Shown here: one piece after another, positions 42,028-54,737 of the stretch
How positions within the stretch are numbered: position 1 is the stretch's first letter
Layout of the letters: each line of letters starts with the position of its first letter
Assembly (NCBI GenBank): GCA_002269645.1
Contig: NIVC01000530.1
Span: 1-64,000 of the forward strand
Direction: 5' to 3'
DNA: 64,000 bases
Source of the DNA: Macrostomum lignano
Lineage: Eukaryota
Notes under the pieces: generated by a model
What the model was told of the DNA's origin: nothing
The model's input: the letters and a program-made list of their open reading frames with translations, nothing else
The model's database searches: none
Translations under genes and position numbers: made by a program

Positions 42028-44538
42028 ATGGCATCTGCAGTGGTACGCTGTGTTGGAAAGCTCAACTCCAATCGCACAGCCCTGTTTTTGTGCGACATGC
42101 AAGAGAAATTTCGAAAAACAATCACTCACTTTCCTGCCATTGTTGACACTTCTTCTCGGATGCTGCGAGCCTGTCAGATAATGAAGATGCCAGTCTTTGT
42201 CACTGAGCAGTATCCAAAAGGTGATTGTGGCATTGATTCACATTTCTGACATTGAAGTTATCTATATGCAGTCTTACTCCCTTCTCGATGACTCAGCAGG
42301 CATCTCTACCCCCTACTCACCTACTCAATGACTCAGCAGGCGTCTCTACCCCCTACTTACCTACTCAATGACTCAGCAGGTATCTCTACCCCCCAACTCA
42401 CCTACTCAATGACTCAGCAGGCAGCTCTACCCCCCAACTCACCTACTCAATGACTCAGCAGGCATCTCTACCCCCTACTTACCTACTCAATGACTCAGCA
42501 GGCATCTCTACCCCCTACTCACCTACTCAATGACTCAGCAGGCATCTCTACCCCCCAACTCACCTACTCAATGACTCAGCAGGCATCTCTACCCCCTTAC
42601 TAACGACTCAATGACTCAGCAGGCATCTCTACCCCCTTACTAACGACTCAATGACTCAGCAGGCATCTCTACCCCCCAACTCACCTACTCAATGACTCAG
42701 CAGGCATCTCTACCCCCTACTCACCTACTCAATGACTCAGCAGGCATCTCTACCCCCTACTTACCTACTCAATGACTCAGCAGGCATCTCTACCCCCCAA
42801 CTCGCCTACTCAATGACTCAGCAGGCATCTCTACCTCCCAACTCACCTACTCAATGACTCAGCAGGCATCTCTACCTCCCAACTCACCTACTCAATGACT
42901 CAGCAGGCATCTCTACCCCCTACTCACCTACTCAATGACTCAGCAGGCGTCTCTACCCCCTACTCACCTACTCAATGACTCAGCAGGCATCTCTACCCTG
43001 ATGGCATTCCAGGTCTCGGTCATACAGTTCCTGAACTTGGCGACCTCTCAGGAGTCACCGTTATAGACAAGACCCAGTTTTCAATGTGTGTTAATGCCGT
43101 CATGTCTGCCCTACCGTCCGAAATTGACTCGGTTCTGCTGTGCGGCATCGAAGCTCACGCCTGCGTTCAGCAAACAAGTCTGGACCTGCTCGAGAAGAAT
43201 TTTCAGGTGCACGTGATTGTTGATGCTGTTAGTTCCAGGAATCCGGTGGACAGGTGAGGACAGAGCCTTGTCAGTAGTTTTTAAATAAATATTTTAAATT
43301 GTTGCTATGTTTAAATTTAAGTTTGGTCAGTTTAAAAATCTACATCCCAGAGTTTCAGGCTGAACTTTCTCAAGAATTTTCATGTTGAGTCACTGCCAGA
43401 TTCTCATGTTGAGTCACTGTCAGATCCTCATGTTGAGTCACTGCCAGATTCTCATGTTGAGTCACTGTCAGATCCTCATGTTGAGTCACTGCCAGATTCT
43501 CATGTTGAGTCACTGTCAGATTCTCATGTTGAGTCACTGTCAGATCCTCATGTTGAGTCACTGCCAGATTCTCATGTTGAGTCACTGCCAGATTCTCATG
43601 TTGAGTCACTGTCAGATTCTCATGTTGAGTCACTGTCAGATCCTCATGTTGAGTCACTGTCAGATTCTCATGTTGAGTCACTGTCAGATTCTCATGTTGA
43701 GTCACTGTCAGATCCTCATGTTAGATCACACTGCCAGATCCTCATGTTAGATCACACTGCCAGATTCTCATGTTAGATCACACTGCCAGATACTCATGTT
43801 AGATCACACTGCCAGATTCTCATGTTAGATCACACTGCCAGATACTCATGTTAGATCACACTGCCAGATCCTCGTGTTAGATCACACTGCCAGATCCTCA
43901 TGTTAGATCACACTGCCAGATCCTCATGTTAGATCACACTGCCAGATCTTCATGTTAGATCACACTGCCAGATTCTCATGTTAGATCACACTGCCAGATT
44001 CTCATGTTAGATCACACTGCCAGATCCTCATGTTAGATCACACTGCCAGATCCTCATGTTAGATCACACTGCCAGATCCTCATGTTAGATCACACTGCCA
44101 GATTCTCATGTTAGATCACACTGCCAGATCCTCATGTTAGATCACACTGCCAGATCCTCATGTTAGATCACACTGCCAGATTCTCATGTTAGATCACACT
44201 GCCAGATTCTCATGTTGAGTCACTGTCAGTCTCCCAGATCCTTAGGTTGATTCAACCCCCCCTTTTGAGTACCTCAACCAGAAGTAATCGTGAGGTAAAT
44301 CAATAACGTGGCTCTCATGCATACTTTTGTCATTAATCCCCGATTCAGAATGTACGCCCTGGACCGGATGAAGTCGGCAGGGTGCTGGCTGACCACATCG
44401 GAGTCGGCAGTCTTGGCTCTGCTTCGCGACGCCTCGCACCCGCACTTCAAAGAGGTGCAGAAAATTATCTGGGAGCCGTCGCTTGACTCCGGCCTGCTGC
44501 AGCCCGGCGGGCGCGAACCAAGCGGTGGGAAACTCTGA
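42028..44538 (+). CDS. ISOC2: Isochorismatase domain-containing protein (ISOC2-like), 3 exons, 207 aa
   Basis: Exons 42028-42220, 43013-43253 and 44349-44538 with compatible phases. Motifs: [56 protein letters not shown]. Confidence 0.92.
42285..43000. repeat. 40-41-bp minisatellite in ISOC intron 1
   Basis: ACTCAATGACTCAGCAGGCATCTCTACCCCCTACTCACCT units. Confidence 0.97.
43372..44230. repeat. 24-bp minisatellite in ISOC intron 2 (two sub-domains: GAGTCAC then AGATCAC variants)
   Basis: Direct reading. Confidence 0.97.
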
Positions 44539-44734
44539 GCAATTCTGAGCAATTAGCAGATCAGATCAGCCTTGATTGCTGACTTTGACCAGCACCAAGA
44601 CCCGTCTGTAGTCGAAGGATAAAAAGTTACTGTAGTTTTATAGAAATTAAACTTTATTTGAAGTGTTAATTTTGCCGCGAAATTCATAAGCAAGATAAGG
44701 ATTTTTCACTAATTTGATTGTTGGTTCAGTTTAG

Positions 44735-45045
44735 TTACTACAGATAAGATAAGATTTAAGATAAGATTAGATAAGATATGATTTTCACACCTGCCCTAAT
44801 TGGGCCAGATGTGCAACCGACAGCTCAGCCGCAGCTATTGCGCGGCGCATCTGAAGGCTGCGTACGGCTGTTCAGTCCAAGGACTGGGGGGTCGCCACAC
44901 ACACCCTCAATTACCCCAGTTAGTGCTGGCACCCATTTTACAGCTGGGTGAGCTGTAGCAATGCAGAGTTAAGTGTCTTGCTCAAGGACACAAATTGTTC
45001 CGAGTGGGTCGAGAATCGAACCCCCGACCTACAACCCTAGGTGAG
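44735..45045 (-). mobile_element. CORE (MIR-like) SINE, 5'-truncated, with a (TCTTA)n tail
   Basis: CCCATTTTACAG...GTTAAGTGTCTTGCTCAAGGACACA...GAATCGAACCC resembles the MIR/CORE consensus. B box GGTTCGATTC is on the minus strand. Confidence 0.75.
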
Positions 45046-45584
45046 AAAAACAAACAAAAGTAAAAATTTCTTATAACTATCGAAATTTCATTAGTTTGGA
45101 AATTGTTTAAAGAAACCCGAAAAATTTCTAACTTGCAAATGCATTTATAGAGCGAAATTCGGACTTCAAATAAACATTAAGTATGATTTACAAAGCAAAT
45201 AGTCGCTGACAAGCCAAGCCCATCAATTCTTTTGGATTTGGTTTCTGTTTTGATTTTTTATTATGTATTAAAGTTTTCTATGCAAAAAAATCTACTTTGT
45301 CACTTGTGTTTTAGTAGCCCCTAATTATTTTAACAAACCATTTAGCGATAGTATTTAAAATCTATAGAGTTTAATAAACGATGAGATAAATTAACTGTCA
45401 AATTTTATTTACTGATTTGTTTAATTAAGCAAAAACAATAATTGTTCTCGAGTTTTGAATCTTGATAACTGTAGCAAGTGTTGAGAATATCATGTATTTA
45501 ATGTATTAAAATGTTAAATTCTCATAGGCTGCGGTTTGCGATAGGCTAGCACTTGAGCAAACCGGCTTTTGTGCCCAAGCACGC

Positions 45585-46095
45585 TCCTTCTGTGCGCCCC
45601 CCCTGCCGCGTGTGTACGTTCTGTATCGTGTCGGTTAGGTGGGCGCCCCCCCCGCCGCGTGTGTACGTTCTGTATCGTGTCGGTTAGGTGGGCGCCCCCC
45701 CCCCGCCGCGTGTGTACGTTCTGTATCGTGTCGGTTAGGTGGGCGCCCCCCCGCCGCGTGTGTACGTTCTGTATCGTGTCGGTTAGGTGGGCGCCCCCCC
45801 GCCGCGTGTGTACGTTCTGTATCGTGTCGGTTAGGTGGGCGCCCCCCCCGCCGCGTGTGTACGTTCTGTATCGTGTCGGTTAGGTGGGCGCCCCCCCGCC
45901 GCGTGTGTACGTTCTGTATCGTGTCGGTTAGGTGGGCGCCCCCCCCTGCCGCGTGTGTACGTTCTGTATCGTGTCGGTTAGGTGGGCGCCCCCCCCTGCC
46001 GCGTGTGTACGTTCTGTATCGTGTCGGTTAGGTGGGCGCCCCCCCCGCCGCGTGTGTACGTTCTGTATCGTGTCGGTTAGGTGGGCGCCCCCTCC
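45585..46095. repeat. 48-51-bp minisatellite, about 10 copies, with a variable poly-C
   Basis: GCGTGTGTACGTTCTGTATCGTGTCGGTTAGGTGGGCGC(C)n units. Confidence 0.97.
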
Positions 46096-46354
46096 CCCTC
46101 CGCCGGCGGGGTTTCTTTATAAATAATGTATTTTAAAGTACAAAAAAAGGGATTTTGAGTTTGCAAAACGTTTGATCTTGAAACACACTCTGGCTGGGGA
46201 GTTCAGATCAAATGTAAAAACTATAAGGTTTTCAGTCGCAAAATCGTGTCCATTATAAAAGAATTTTGTTGTACTTTTCTCTAGCAAATAGGGCCTCAGA
46301 AAGAATACATTTGAAACAGCACTCTAGTTATTTTGATCGCAAATATCATATTCA

Positions 46355-47125
46355 TTAGTCGAATGGCGACACGCACTCGCAAAAGGCTCTGTAGTTGCTT
46401 TCTGACTCGAATAAATCGGCTAGGCCAGTTTTGCCGTAGTATCTGCCAACAACATTGTCCTTTTCGTCGTTATTGTCGGGCTCATTAGCGGCCCACAGAG
46501 AGCGGTCCACAGTGAGGTTGCAGCCGACCCAGTACCAGCCACCGTCCCGCTCAGGACTGCCGGCCGGCTGATAGCCTCCAAGCCAGATCGAATCGCTTAC
46601 AACTTGAGCTTGCCACAGAGATTCCACGCGCTGCATCTCAGTGGCGTCCGTGACGTCGGCCATGATCACCAGCCCGAGCTCCGCCTCGCACTTCTGTCTG
46701 CTCAGCCACCAGCTTCCAGCCTCAGCCAGCAGCTTGTACTTCACTCCGCACAGGTCGTCTCCGTAGCCAGCCGGACACAGAGCGCCCGGCCGCAGTCCCG
46801 GCTGCTGCTTCACAAACACGCGGCCTCTTCTGGAGCAGCCGCACTTCTTCACCGACTTGCTGCACCTGTCGAACACGAACAGCTGGCACGGAGAGTCGGC
46901 TGTGCTGAATGCCTGGCAGCGCTGGTTGACGCTGCACAGGGCGGCGCACTCGATCTTGCTGGCAGCTCGCGGGTGAGACTGCACGAACTCGGGCCTGATG
47001 CACAGGCTGCCCTCGATGCTTTGGTAGTTGGACAGTCCTTGGCTACCAGCTGCGGCACCAAGAATAGCCAGGACAAGCAGTGCAGCAGCAGTGGCCACAA
47101 TGATAGCTTGATTGCTGATAGCCAT
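46355..47125 (-). CDS. Secreted PAN/apple + C-type lectin domain protein, copy A (256 aa, intronless)
   Basis: Signal peptide, PAN-like ECAALCSVNQRCQAF, CTLD SWWLSRQKC..IWLGG..WYW..WAANEPD..FCEC. Confidence 0.85.
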   Translation of the reverse strand: MAISNQAIIVATAAALLVLAILGAAAGSQGLSNYQSIEGSLCIRPEFVQSHPRAASKIECAALCSVNQRCQAFSTADSPCQLFVFDRCSKSVKKCGCSRRGRVFVKQQPGLRPGALCPAGYGDDLCGVKYKLLAEAGSWWLSRQKCEAELGLVIMADVTDATEMQRVESLWQAQVVSDSIWLGGYQPAGSPERDGGWYWVGCNLTVDRSLWAANEPDNNDEKDNVVGRYYGKTGLADLFESESNYRAFCECVSPFD

Positions 47126-48051
47126 AGTTTTTGTAGAGTTTGACGCTTTAGTGTGACGATCAATGCGGGTGAAGCAGGGAGCAGAGCGATGCGGATCCTA
47201 CAGCTTTTATCCTTATTTCATCCATGTGAAGCACGGAAGCGGTGCTATCCTGCCTTTGCAAAAATAGCGGACGAAGAGAATCATCTCCTGCAGAAAAGCT
47301 AGCGGGCCAGAACTGGATTTGGTTCCGAGTAGGTAGCCAGCCGAATCTTTCTCGGCACTCCAGGAACTTCTCTCGCGTTTAGGAAAACTTTTGATAACCA
47401 TCAGGACTTTGCCGTCGATCTAAGCTGCAATAAATTCCTGTCCTCATCGTCTTTACTATTTCTTTGTTGGAAGTTTTCACGCCTATACATTGTACTCATG
47501 TACTCGCAAGAGGAAGTGCTAGCTACATCCGCTCAGAAGCGTAAAGTCAAAGAAACTTGAAGGCTGCCTTTACAACGGAACCTCGAAATGTTTTCCGCGG
47601 GTTGAAAGCTTTTAAGGGCTGCATAGAAAATGCTTCCGTCACTCCCATGGATAGTCCTGTATTCTGCTGCCAGGCTTTATATCAAGTTTAGAAGCAACAG
47701 AAATCTGAGAGTAAAAAGTTAATTCAGACGTAATTTGCTTTCTTTGAGTTGCAACTCGCATGCGGTGTTAAGTCAATTTTCAGACAGGCGGCCCCGCGGA
47801 ACCCAACTGACAGCCGAGAAGTAGACAAGTAGAGCTACTGATCTAGCAGCTCAAAAACGGTGGCTCAGACGCACAGAACCGAGATTTCTAATGTAATTTA
47901 GATTATATAATATATAAACAGTGACCTTGTGTTCCCCGGGGAGTTAACGAGTTGTTACTCGATCAGAATGAAACTGTCCCCACCAATAAGTTCCCAAATA
48001 TATGCTTTCCTTGAATCTAATGTAGATGGCTCAGTTGAATTTGATTTGAGC

Positions 48052-48362
48052 ACGCGAGGTTTCCCGCAGCGAGTTTCCCGCAGCGAGGTTTTCCCTCAGC
48101 GAGGTTTTCCCTCAGCGAGGTTTTCCCTCAGCGAGGTTTTCCCTCAGTGAGGTTTCCCGCAGAGAGGTTTTCCCGCAGCGAGGTTTTCCCACAGCGAGGT
48201 TTCCCGCAGCGAGGTTTTCCCTCAGCGAGGTTTTCCCTCAGCGAGGTTTTCCCGCAGCGAGGTTTCCCGCAGCGAGGTTTTCCCTCAGCGAGGTTTCCCG
48301 CAGCGAGGTTTTCCCTCAGCGAGGTTTCCCGCAGAGAGGTTTCCCTCAGCGAGGTTTCCCGC
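48052..48362. repeat. 15-16-bp minisatellite (GAGGTTTTCCCTCAGC)n
   Basis: Direct reading. Confidence 0.95.
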
Positions 48363-49428
48363 CTCCTGCTGGGATCATAAAAAGAGAATACGATGTACAC
48401 ATGCATGCCTTACATGCTAGTCAAGGCAATGTGCAATGTGCAGTGTAAAGTGTAGTATATGCGTGGGTAAAACTGTTTCCTACATGCACCTACTTATAGT
48501 AAGTCCTAGGCGTTCTAATCCCTGGTTTGCAAACTGATAAATATATTGGAAGCAAAGCAAAGACTGGCGGGAGAGAATCTGTGCTGGAGAGGTTCCTGTG
48601 AGAAAACCTCCTGCAGGAAAAGTTCGCCGCAAGAAAACTTTATGTTTGCGTCCCCGTGAAAACACTGAAGAATGTGAGGGTGCGTTAGTAAAAAAGCTTT
48701 GAGTGTTTGATTTTCCCTGTTTCATAACTGAAATCTGGAAATTATAGTAGGTGCCGATGATATAAGACATTTTCTCAATCTAAAAAGCTGATGTTTTTTT
48801 CATGCAAAGCAATGCATTTAACCACACTGACTTAGCATAGCTTGTACAGAGAAGTCCCATGAGGTGTTCAATTGTCTCAACAGCGCATGCTTACTGAGCA
48901 ACGCGTGGCTCTATGATTTCAGTTTAGCTTGCAGCTATACTTTTTATTTACGAGAAACTGCTCCTAGATTTAGTATTTTCACCGATGCCAATATCCAGTT
49001 TATTTTATTTAGTGGAATCAATTCACTGCTGCTCACCTAAGTTGCAATTTTCATCGGTAGAACAATTTAATTCCAATTTTTAAATAGAAATTTTGATTTC
49101 ATCTACGAAGAAGTGGGAACTAATTTAATATTGAAATACATTTGAATGCGCCAGAAAATTATGGAAAAATAATTCGTTACAACATTCTGCCAATAGATAT
49201 AAAAATACAGATATAATTACAGTCAATTCAATGAAACAGAAGTCCACACCTAGTTCTGCGGTTGAATCGGTATACACTATAGAGAGAAAATGGTGTCGTC
49301 ACATTACATGTACGTAACAAAGAAGAAACAGTTTTTGGGCTACAAAGTTTCAAAAAGTTTCGAAAAGTTTCTCGCATGCGGAATAACTATAATCGCCTTC
49401 CAGAGATTTTCATGTGGAATTTGGTAGC

Positions 49429-50199
49429 TCACTCAAATGGTGATAGGCACTCGCATAGACTTTTGAAACTGTCGGCCTCTTTTAAGTCGGCAAGGCGGCT
49501 CCTAGATTGGTAAAAGCCAACAGCAGCTTCAGCATTCGCATAATTATTAGGCTCCAGACTGTTCCACAGAGTTCCATCCAGGGTGATGTTGCAGCCGACC
49601 CAGTACCAGCCACCGCCCGGCTCAGTGCTGTTGGTAGTTTGGAAGCCTCCTAGAAAAATGGAATGACCAAACAAACTGCTTTTGTTCCTTATAAGCTCGA
49701 TTTTATTCATCTCAGTGGCGTCCGTGACGTCGGCCATGATCACCAGCCCGAGCTCCGCCTCGCACTTCTGTCTGCTCAGCCACCAGCTTCCAGCCTCAGC
49801 CAGCAGCTTGTACTTCACTCCGCACAGGTCGTCTCCGTAGCCAGCCGGACACAGAGCGCCCGGCCGCAGTCCCGGCTGCTGCTTCACAAACACGCGGCCT
49901 CTTCTGGAGCAGCCGCACTTCTTCACCGACTTGCTGCACCTGTCGAACACGAACAGCTGGCACGGAGAGTCGGCTGTGCTGAATGCCTGGCAGCGCTGGT
50001 TGACGCTGCACAGGGCGGCGCACTCGATCTTGCTGGCAGCTCGCGGGTGAGACTGCACGAACTCGGGCCTGATGCACAGGCTGCCCTCGATGCTTTGGTA
50101 GTTGGACAGTCCTTGGCTACCAGCTGCGGCACCAAGAATAGCCAGGACAAGCAGTGCAGCAGCAGTGGCCACAATGATAGCTTGATTGCTGATAGCCAT
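49429..50199 (-). CDS. Secreted PAN/apple + C-type lectin domain protein, copy B (256 aa)
   Basis: The ATG at 50199 is equivalent to 47125 (offset 3074). The CTLD carries an EPN motif. The upstream extension in the ORF track is probably not coding. Confidence 0.85.
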   Translation of the reverse strand: MAISNQAIIVATAAALLVLAILGAAAGSQGLSNYQSIEGSLCIRPEFVQSHPRAASKIECAALCSVNQRCQAFSTADSPCQLFVFDRCSKSVKKCGCSRRGRVFVKQQPGLRPGALCPAGYGDDLCGVKYKLLAEAGSWWLSRQKCEAELGLVIMADVTDATEMNKIELIRNKSSLFGHSIFLGGFQTTNSTEPGGGWYWVGCNITLDGTLWNSLEPNNYANAEAAVGFYQSRSRLADLKEADSFKSLCECLSPFE

Positions 50200-53100
50200 A
50201 GTTTTTGTAGAGTTTGACGCTTTTAGTGTGACGATCAAGGTGTCATGGTGAAACATGCAGAGAGCAGGGCTTTGATAGAGCTGTGATATCACAGCTTTTA
50301 TCCATGGTTTCAAGGCAGGTAACATGCAGGGAAGCTGCAAATTCCTCCCATAGCAACGCAAACAAAGAAGACGAACAGAAACTAGCATCGTATGACAGCG
50401 GTTGGAGCGCTCCAAGACACCCGTCATTAATTCCCTGCACGCGGACAGTTACAAACGTTCTCCATCCTCGCTTCCATTCCTTAGTTTCCCACCCCTGCAT
50501 GGCTGTCGGGAAAATAATGACGAACAGATAAGGACAAATTCAAAACTAGCAATCACGTTGAGACCTTGTTAACGTCTTTCAGTCAACATACGAGTTTACA
50601 CAGCATATTCTTAGAAACGTTTAGGCCTGTGAAAGCAAGCGCGGAAGTGCTACACCCGCTCAGATGCGTTAAGATATAGAAAACTACGGCTTGCCTTTAC
50701 AACAAATGGAGAAGACTGCATGGTTTAAAGCCTGCTGCTTGCTGAAAGCTTAAAGAAAATTCTAAAAATACTGAGCCCGTATTGACAGTTTTTCTCTTCA
50801 CTTCTCGCTTTAAAGCTCAATGCATCACTTTTCTAGCGAGGCGCCTACCAAGACGCCAAAAATTGGCTCCCCTACAATTTAAATTTCTGCCGTACGCCAC
50901 CAAAATTGTTTTATCAGGTCTCCAGCTATGCTACAAGCTACGCTGTGATAGCTAGAGCACTCTGTTAATGCGGCAGATGCGGTAGCAAAGCTGTGATCAA
51001 TTATTAGCATCAAAACAGTATGTTTAATTTATTGTACATGCACAAATAATTGGAATCTAGGGTCAGGGGCGCTCCGAGTGGTCGCGCCCCCTGTTGGTGA
51101 TGACGTGCATTTTCGCCAAAATTTAATAGAGCCATCACATCTCCGCCCTATAGGGGTTTATCCTCCAAAATCCGCGCCCCTCCACAAAATCTACAAATTC
51201 ACAAATGAATCGGATATGGTCTGCCAGTGCATATACAAGGGTCCTGGAGTTTATACTTACAGTTCTATGCCTGCCATGCAAGATTTGAAGAAAATTTAGT
51301 CGTCATCGCTAAACGAGCACAGCAGCTAGTTCCAGAAAATCAATAAGCAAAGGCCATGCGATTTCGTGCCCTATAGACGAAAGAAATCTCCTCAAGCCAA
51401 GGTACAAAAGACCTGCAAAAGGTGGATTTTAGATGAAAAAGGTGGGCAATGTAGGGGCCTGTATAGAGGCCTGTAGCAGGGCCTTCGACCGCGACTACAC
51501 ATATCAGAGCAAAAAACCTGAAGCCGGCACGTCATCACAGTAGTGCATGCACCCGGTGCGTAACGTTACAAGATTTCGAATGTATGCCAATACATTTACA
51601 AAAAGTTTTTTCTGCTTATCCTTTATGTAGATCATATTATTGCCGTTATTTGCAGCTGACATTTTGCAATTAAAATCTATCTTTCAAAGCTTAAATCATA
51701 CTCTGAGTGACTCCTTAGTAAATACTACCAGAAGAAAAAACTTAGACGTCTTATTAGTTTAACAACATTTCTTTTCTAGTAAGCTTAATATATGCCTTAA
51801 TTTGTGCCCAAGAAATGGTCCTTCTCGGCAAACTTTGTTAAAGTGCTATTACCATTTTGAATTGTTTGAACCCGACCCGATAAATATGCGAGGGCCCCCA
51901 TCATACATACATACATACAAAGGCGGTTGGGCCGCGCCACTCGCGCGCGCGTGCGCGCAGCAGCCTTAGAGACACAGAGTGGTCTTCTGGGCGGATTCCG
52001 GCCACCAGACAGATGATTTTGCCCACAAAAAGTTTTCACTATTAGCTGTTTCGGTCACAATAGTGTTTATTTCAAATGCAGATAGTCGAGATAGATTTAT
52101 TCTATGTAGGCCTAAGGCCTACTGTATTGTATTAAGCTATACAATACATGTATTTAGCTTGCTTCTTTCAATGCAGTGTTTTATTTCAAATTTAAATTGA
52201 AGTAAATACTTTATATCAGTTGCTTGTAATTTGATGCCTTGCATCTTGAAACCGACCTTGTGCCTTGCATAGGTCAGCATCAAAAAGGAAGTATACTACT
52301 TGTTAAAGTGAAGTGTTTCTAAGAAAAAACACTTATATTTTAGCTTTTACATTTTTTTTCATGCAAAAAGAGCAAATGCAAGAAGGGTAAAAACATGCAA
52401 TTAACTTTTATACCTTCTTATTTCATCAAAAATAGAACTTGTCAAAAGCAAAAATTATTGATTGCAATTCCATTGATGCTTATTATTGCTATGCTATTAA
52501 TATTCTCAGTTGTAGTCAGTATATTCACTGTTGCATAATAAAATTTTGAAAGAAATTGTACTATTTCTATTAGGCCTAATATTAATTAAATAACAATAGG
52601 CTATAAGGCCTAGTATTAGTATTTGACAAAAAGGATTTTAATAAAAAGGTTTTTGACAAAATAGGCCCCCCTATCTTGTCACCTTTCAATTCTTTTTGCA
52701 CAAGCTTGTGCATATATAGGCCTTTGCTTTTGTTTCAAAAGGCAAAGCCATTAGCTATAGGGGCCTAAGGGCTACAACTAGCTGGTCCAATTGCAACCAT
52801 TGGTGATTGCTAGCTATTGCATAGCCTTAAGCCACATATGGCATAAATGGGCCTACCACACTTTGATGGCCAAAAGCAAGTTGAGGGTTTATTTCTTTGC
52901 TTTATAAGAAAGTATGCTGATCCACTTGATGAAATGCTCACTGTTAGCATTTATGAAAGATATAGCAAGTAGTATGACTAAGCACCATTAGATATAAGAA
53001 GACATTGACAATATTGCAATAGGCCTAAGGCCTATAGCTAGCCTAATAAAGCAAAAATAATAGATACATAAATAGTATAACAAAAAGAAGCAATAGCATA

Positions 53101-54002
53101 AGCAATCAAATATAGTATAATTGTAGCTACAATGATGTTCATTAACACTGTAGATATTCGTAGGCCTAATAAGATTATATTTGTATGATAGTGTCAACTT
53201 TGAAATTTTGTTTTCTATAAGCCTATTTCTTAGATATTTGCATTCATACATGCGTAACAGTTGGCTAAGTTGACCCATCCAGTTGACCAATTTGGTGGCC
53301 AACCAAGGTAAGTCATAAAAATGCCTAGGGCCTACCCAAATAAATATTTAGCCTTAATAAGACTGTCATAGTTAGGCCCTCTTGCTGTTTATCTAAAGCA
53401 ACATTATTTTTGCTCTAGGGTTTCTTATCTTTTATATTTGGCCAAAAACTAGTTGCATTTATTGTAAAAAATAAGTTGCATAGCCAACCAAATTTTAGAG
53501 GTTGCGCATATATGTTTGCGTTTAAACTATAGGCCTACTTCAATTTATATTTTATCTATTTTATTTAACCTTTTTAGGGCCTAATACTTAAAGTTACTCT
53601 TCTTATTTCTATTAAATTAAATTAGGCCTATGCACACATCTTTTTAGACTATTTGATAAACTGACCAAAGGACTATATGTAATAAGAGTATAATTTCAAA
53701 AAGTAAAATACTGTGTCTATGCATAAAGCTAAGATATCATACATGTACAACCTTGAGAATCACTCAGCTATTTCTATTGGCAACACATACACATGTAAGT
53801 CCCTATTGGCCAAGAGCAGTCATAAGATGACTATTCTATTCAATAGTGACTTACATGTGTGTGTGTTGCCATTAGAAATGGCCAAAAAGTTTGAATATCA
53901 ATGTTGGAATAAACTAGAGCATGCCTGCTATATTTTGGTTAGTTTCTTATCATCATAGGTCTAATTTAAATGTGTATGAATAACAAATATGACTAGGCCT
54001 AC

Positions 54003-54737
54003 TAGTGATGGATTGATATTATTTTTCAAATCAAAATTGAGATCGAAATTTTTGGTTCCTTAAAATTGAAATCAAAATTGAAATCGAAATTGAAATTGAA
54101 ATTTTTTGAGCTTAACAAATTTTTACTTTTTCGCTAATCATGCAAAAAGGTTAACACCTTGCCTCTACATGTATAAGCTTACATGTTTTATAAAAAGTAT
54201 CTTTGATATGTTTAAACCAGAATACTTAAGATTTAACTTACTTTAAAAATACAAAATAGAAAATGCTAGTGTATTATGTGTTATACACTCGTACATAGAA
54301 ATATAGTAGAAGTTGTATTATACTTCACCACTGTTTAAGCTGAAGATCTAGATACAAGTAGCCTATATCAATTTCATTAAGGCTTTAAGCCAATTAAAAT
54401 CCACGCCAATGAGTTCAGCCAGTGGGCTTGTGGAGGTTGAGGTGGTTGCAGCACAAGGTCTAGAACAGTGTGTGCCCCACACAATCTTTTCTTGTAGAAA
54501 AGGCAATTCTCACCTCCCCACTGAGTCTTTGAACTGCACTTCCTTTCACTTCCTATAGATTTTCTTACTCGTGTAGCATGATCACAATGTCTAAATTGTT
54601 AAAATATTAACCAAAATTTCAAAATGATTTTCGATGAATAGTGTCAAAATTCAAAATAGAAATCGAAATTATTCAATGCAAAATTAGTTTCAAAATTCAG
54701 AATATCGAAATCAAAATCGAATTTCGATCCATCACTA
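54003..54737. mobile_element. Non-autonomous hAT element (735 bp)
   Basis: TIR TAGTGATGGAT, a perfect 8-bp TSD AGGCCTAC (53995-54002 and 54738-54745), and subterminal AAATCGAAAT-like repeats. Confidence 0.88.

Noticed and set aside
50200-50427. 76-aa N-terminal extension of lectin B
   Set aside because: The paralog starts at the equivalent ATG, a signal peptide follows it, and a 1-nt indel lies in the shared upstream sequence.
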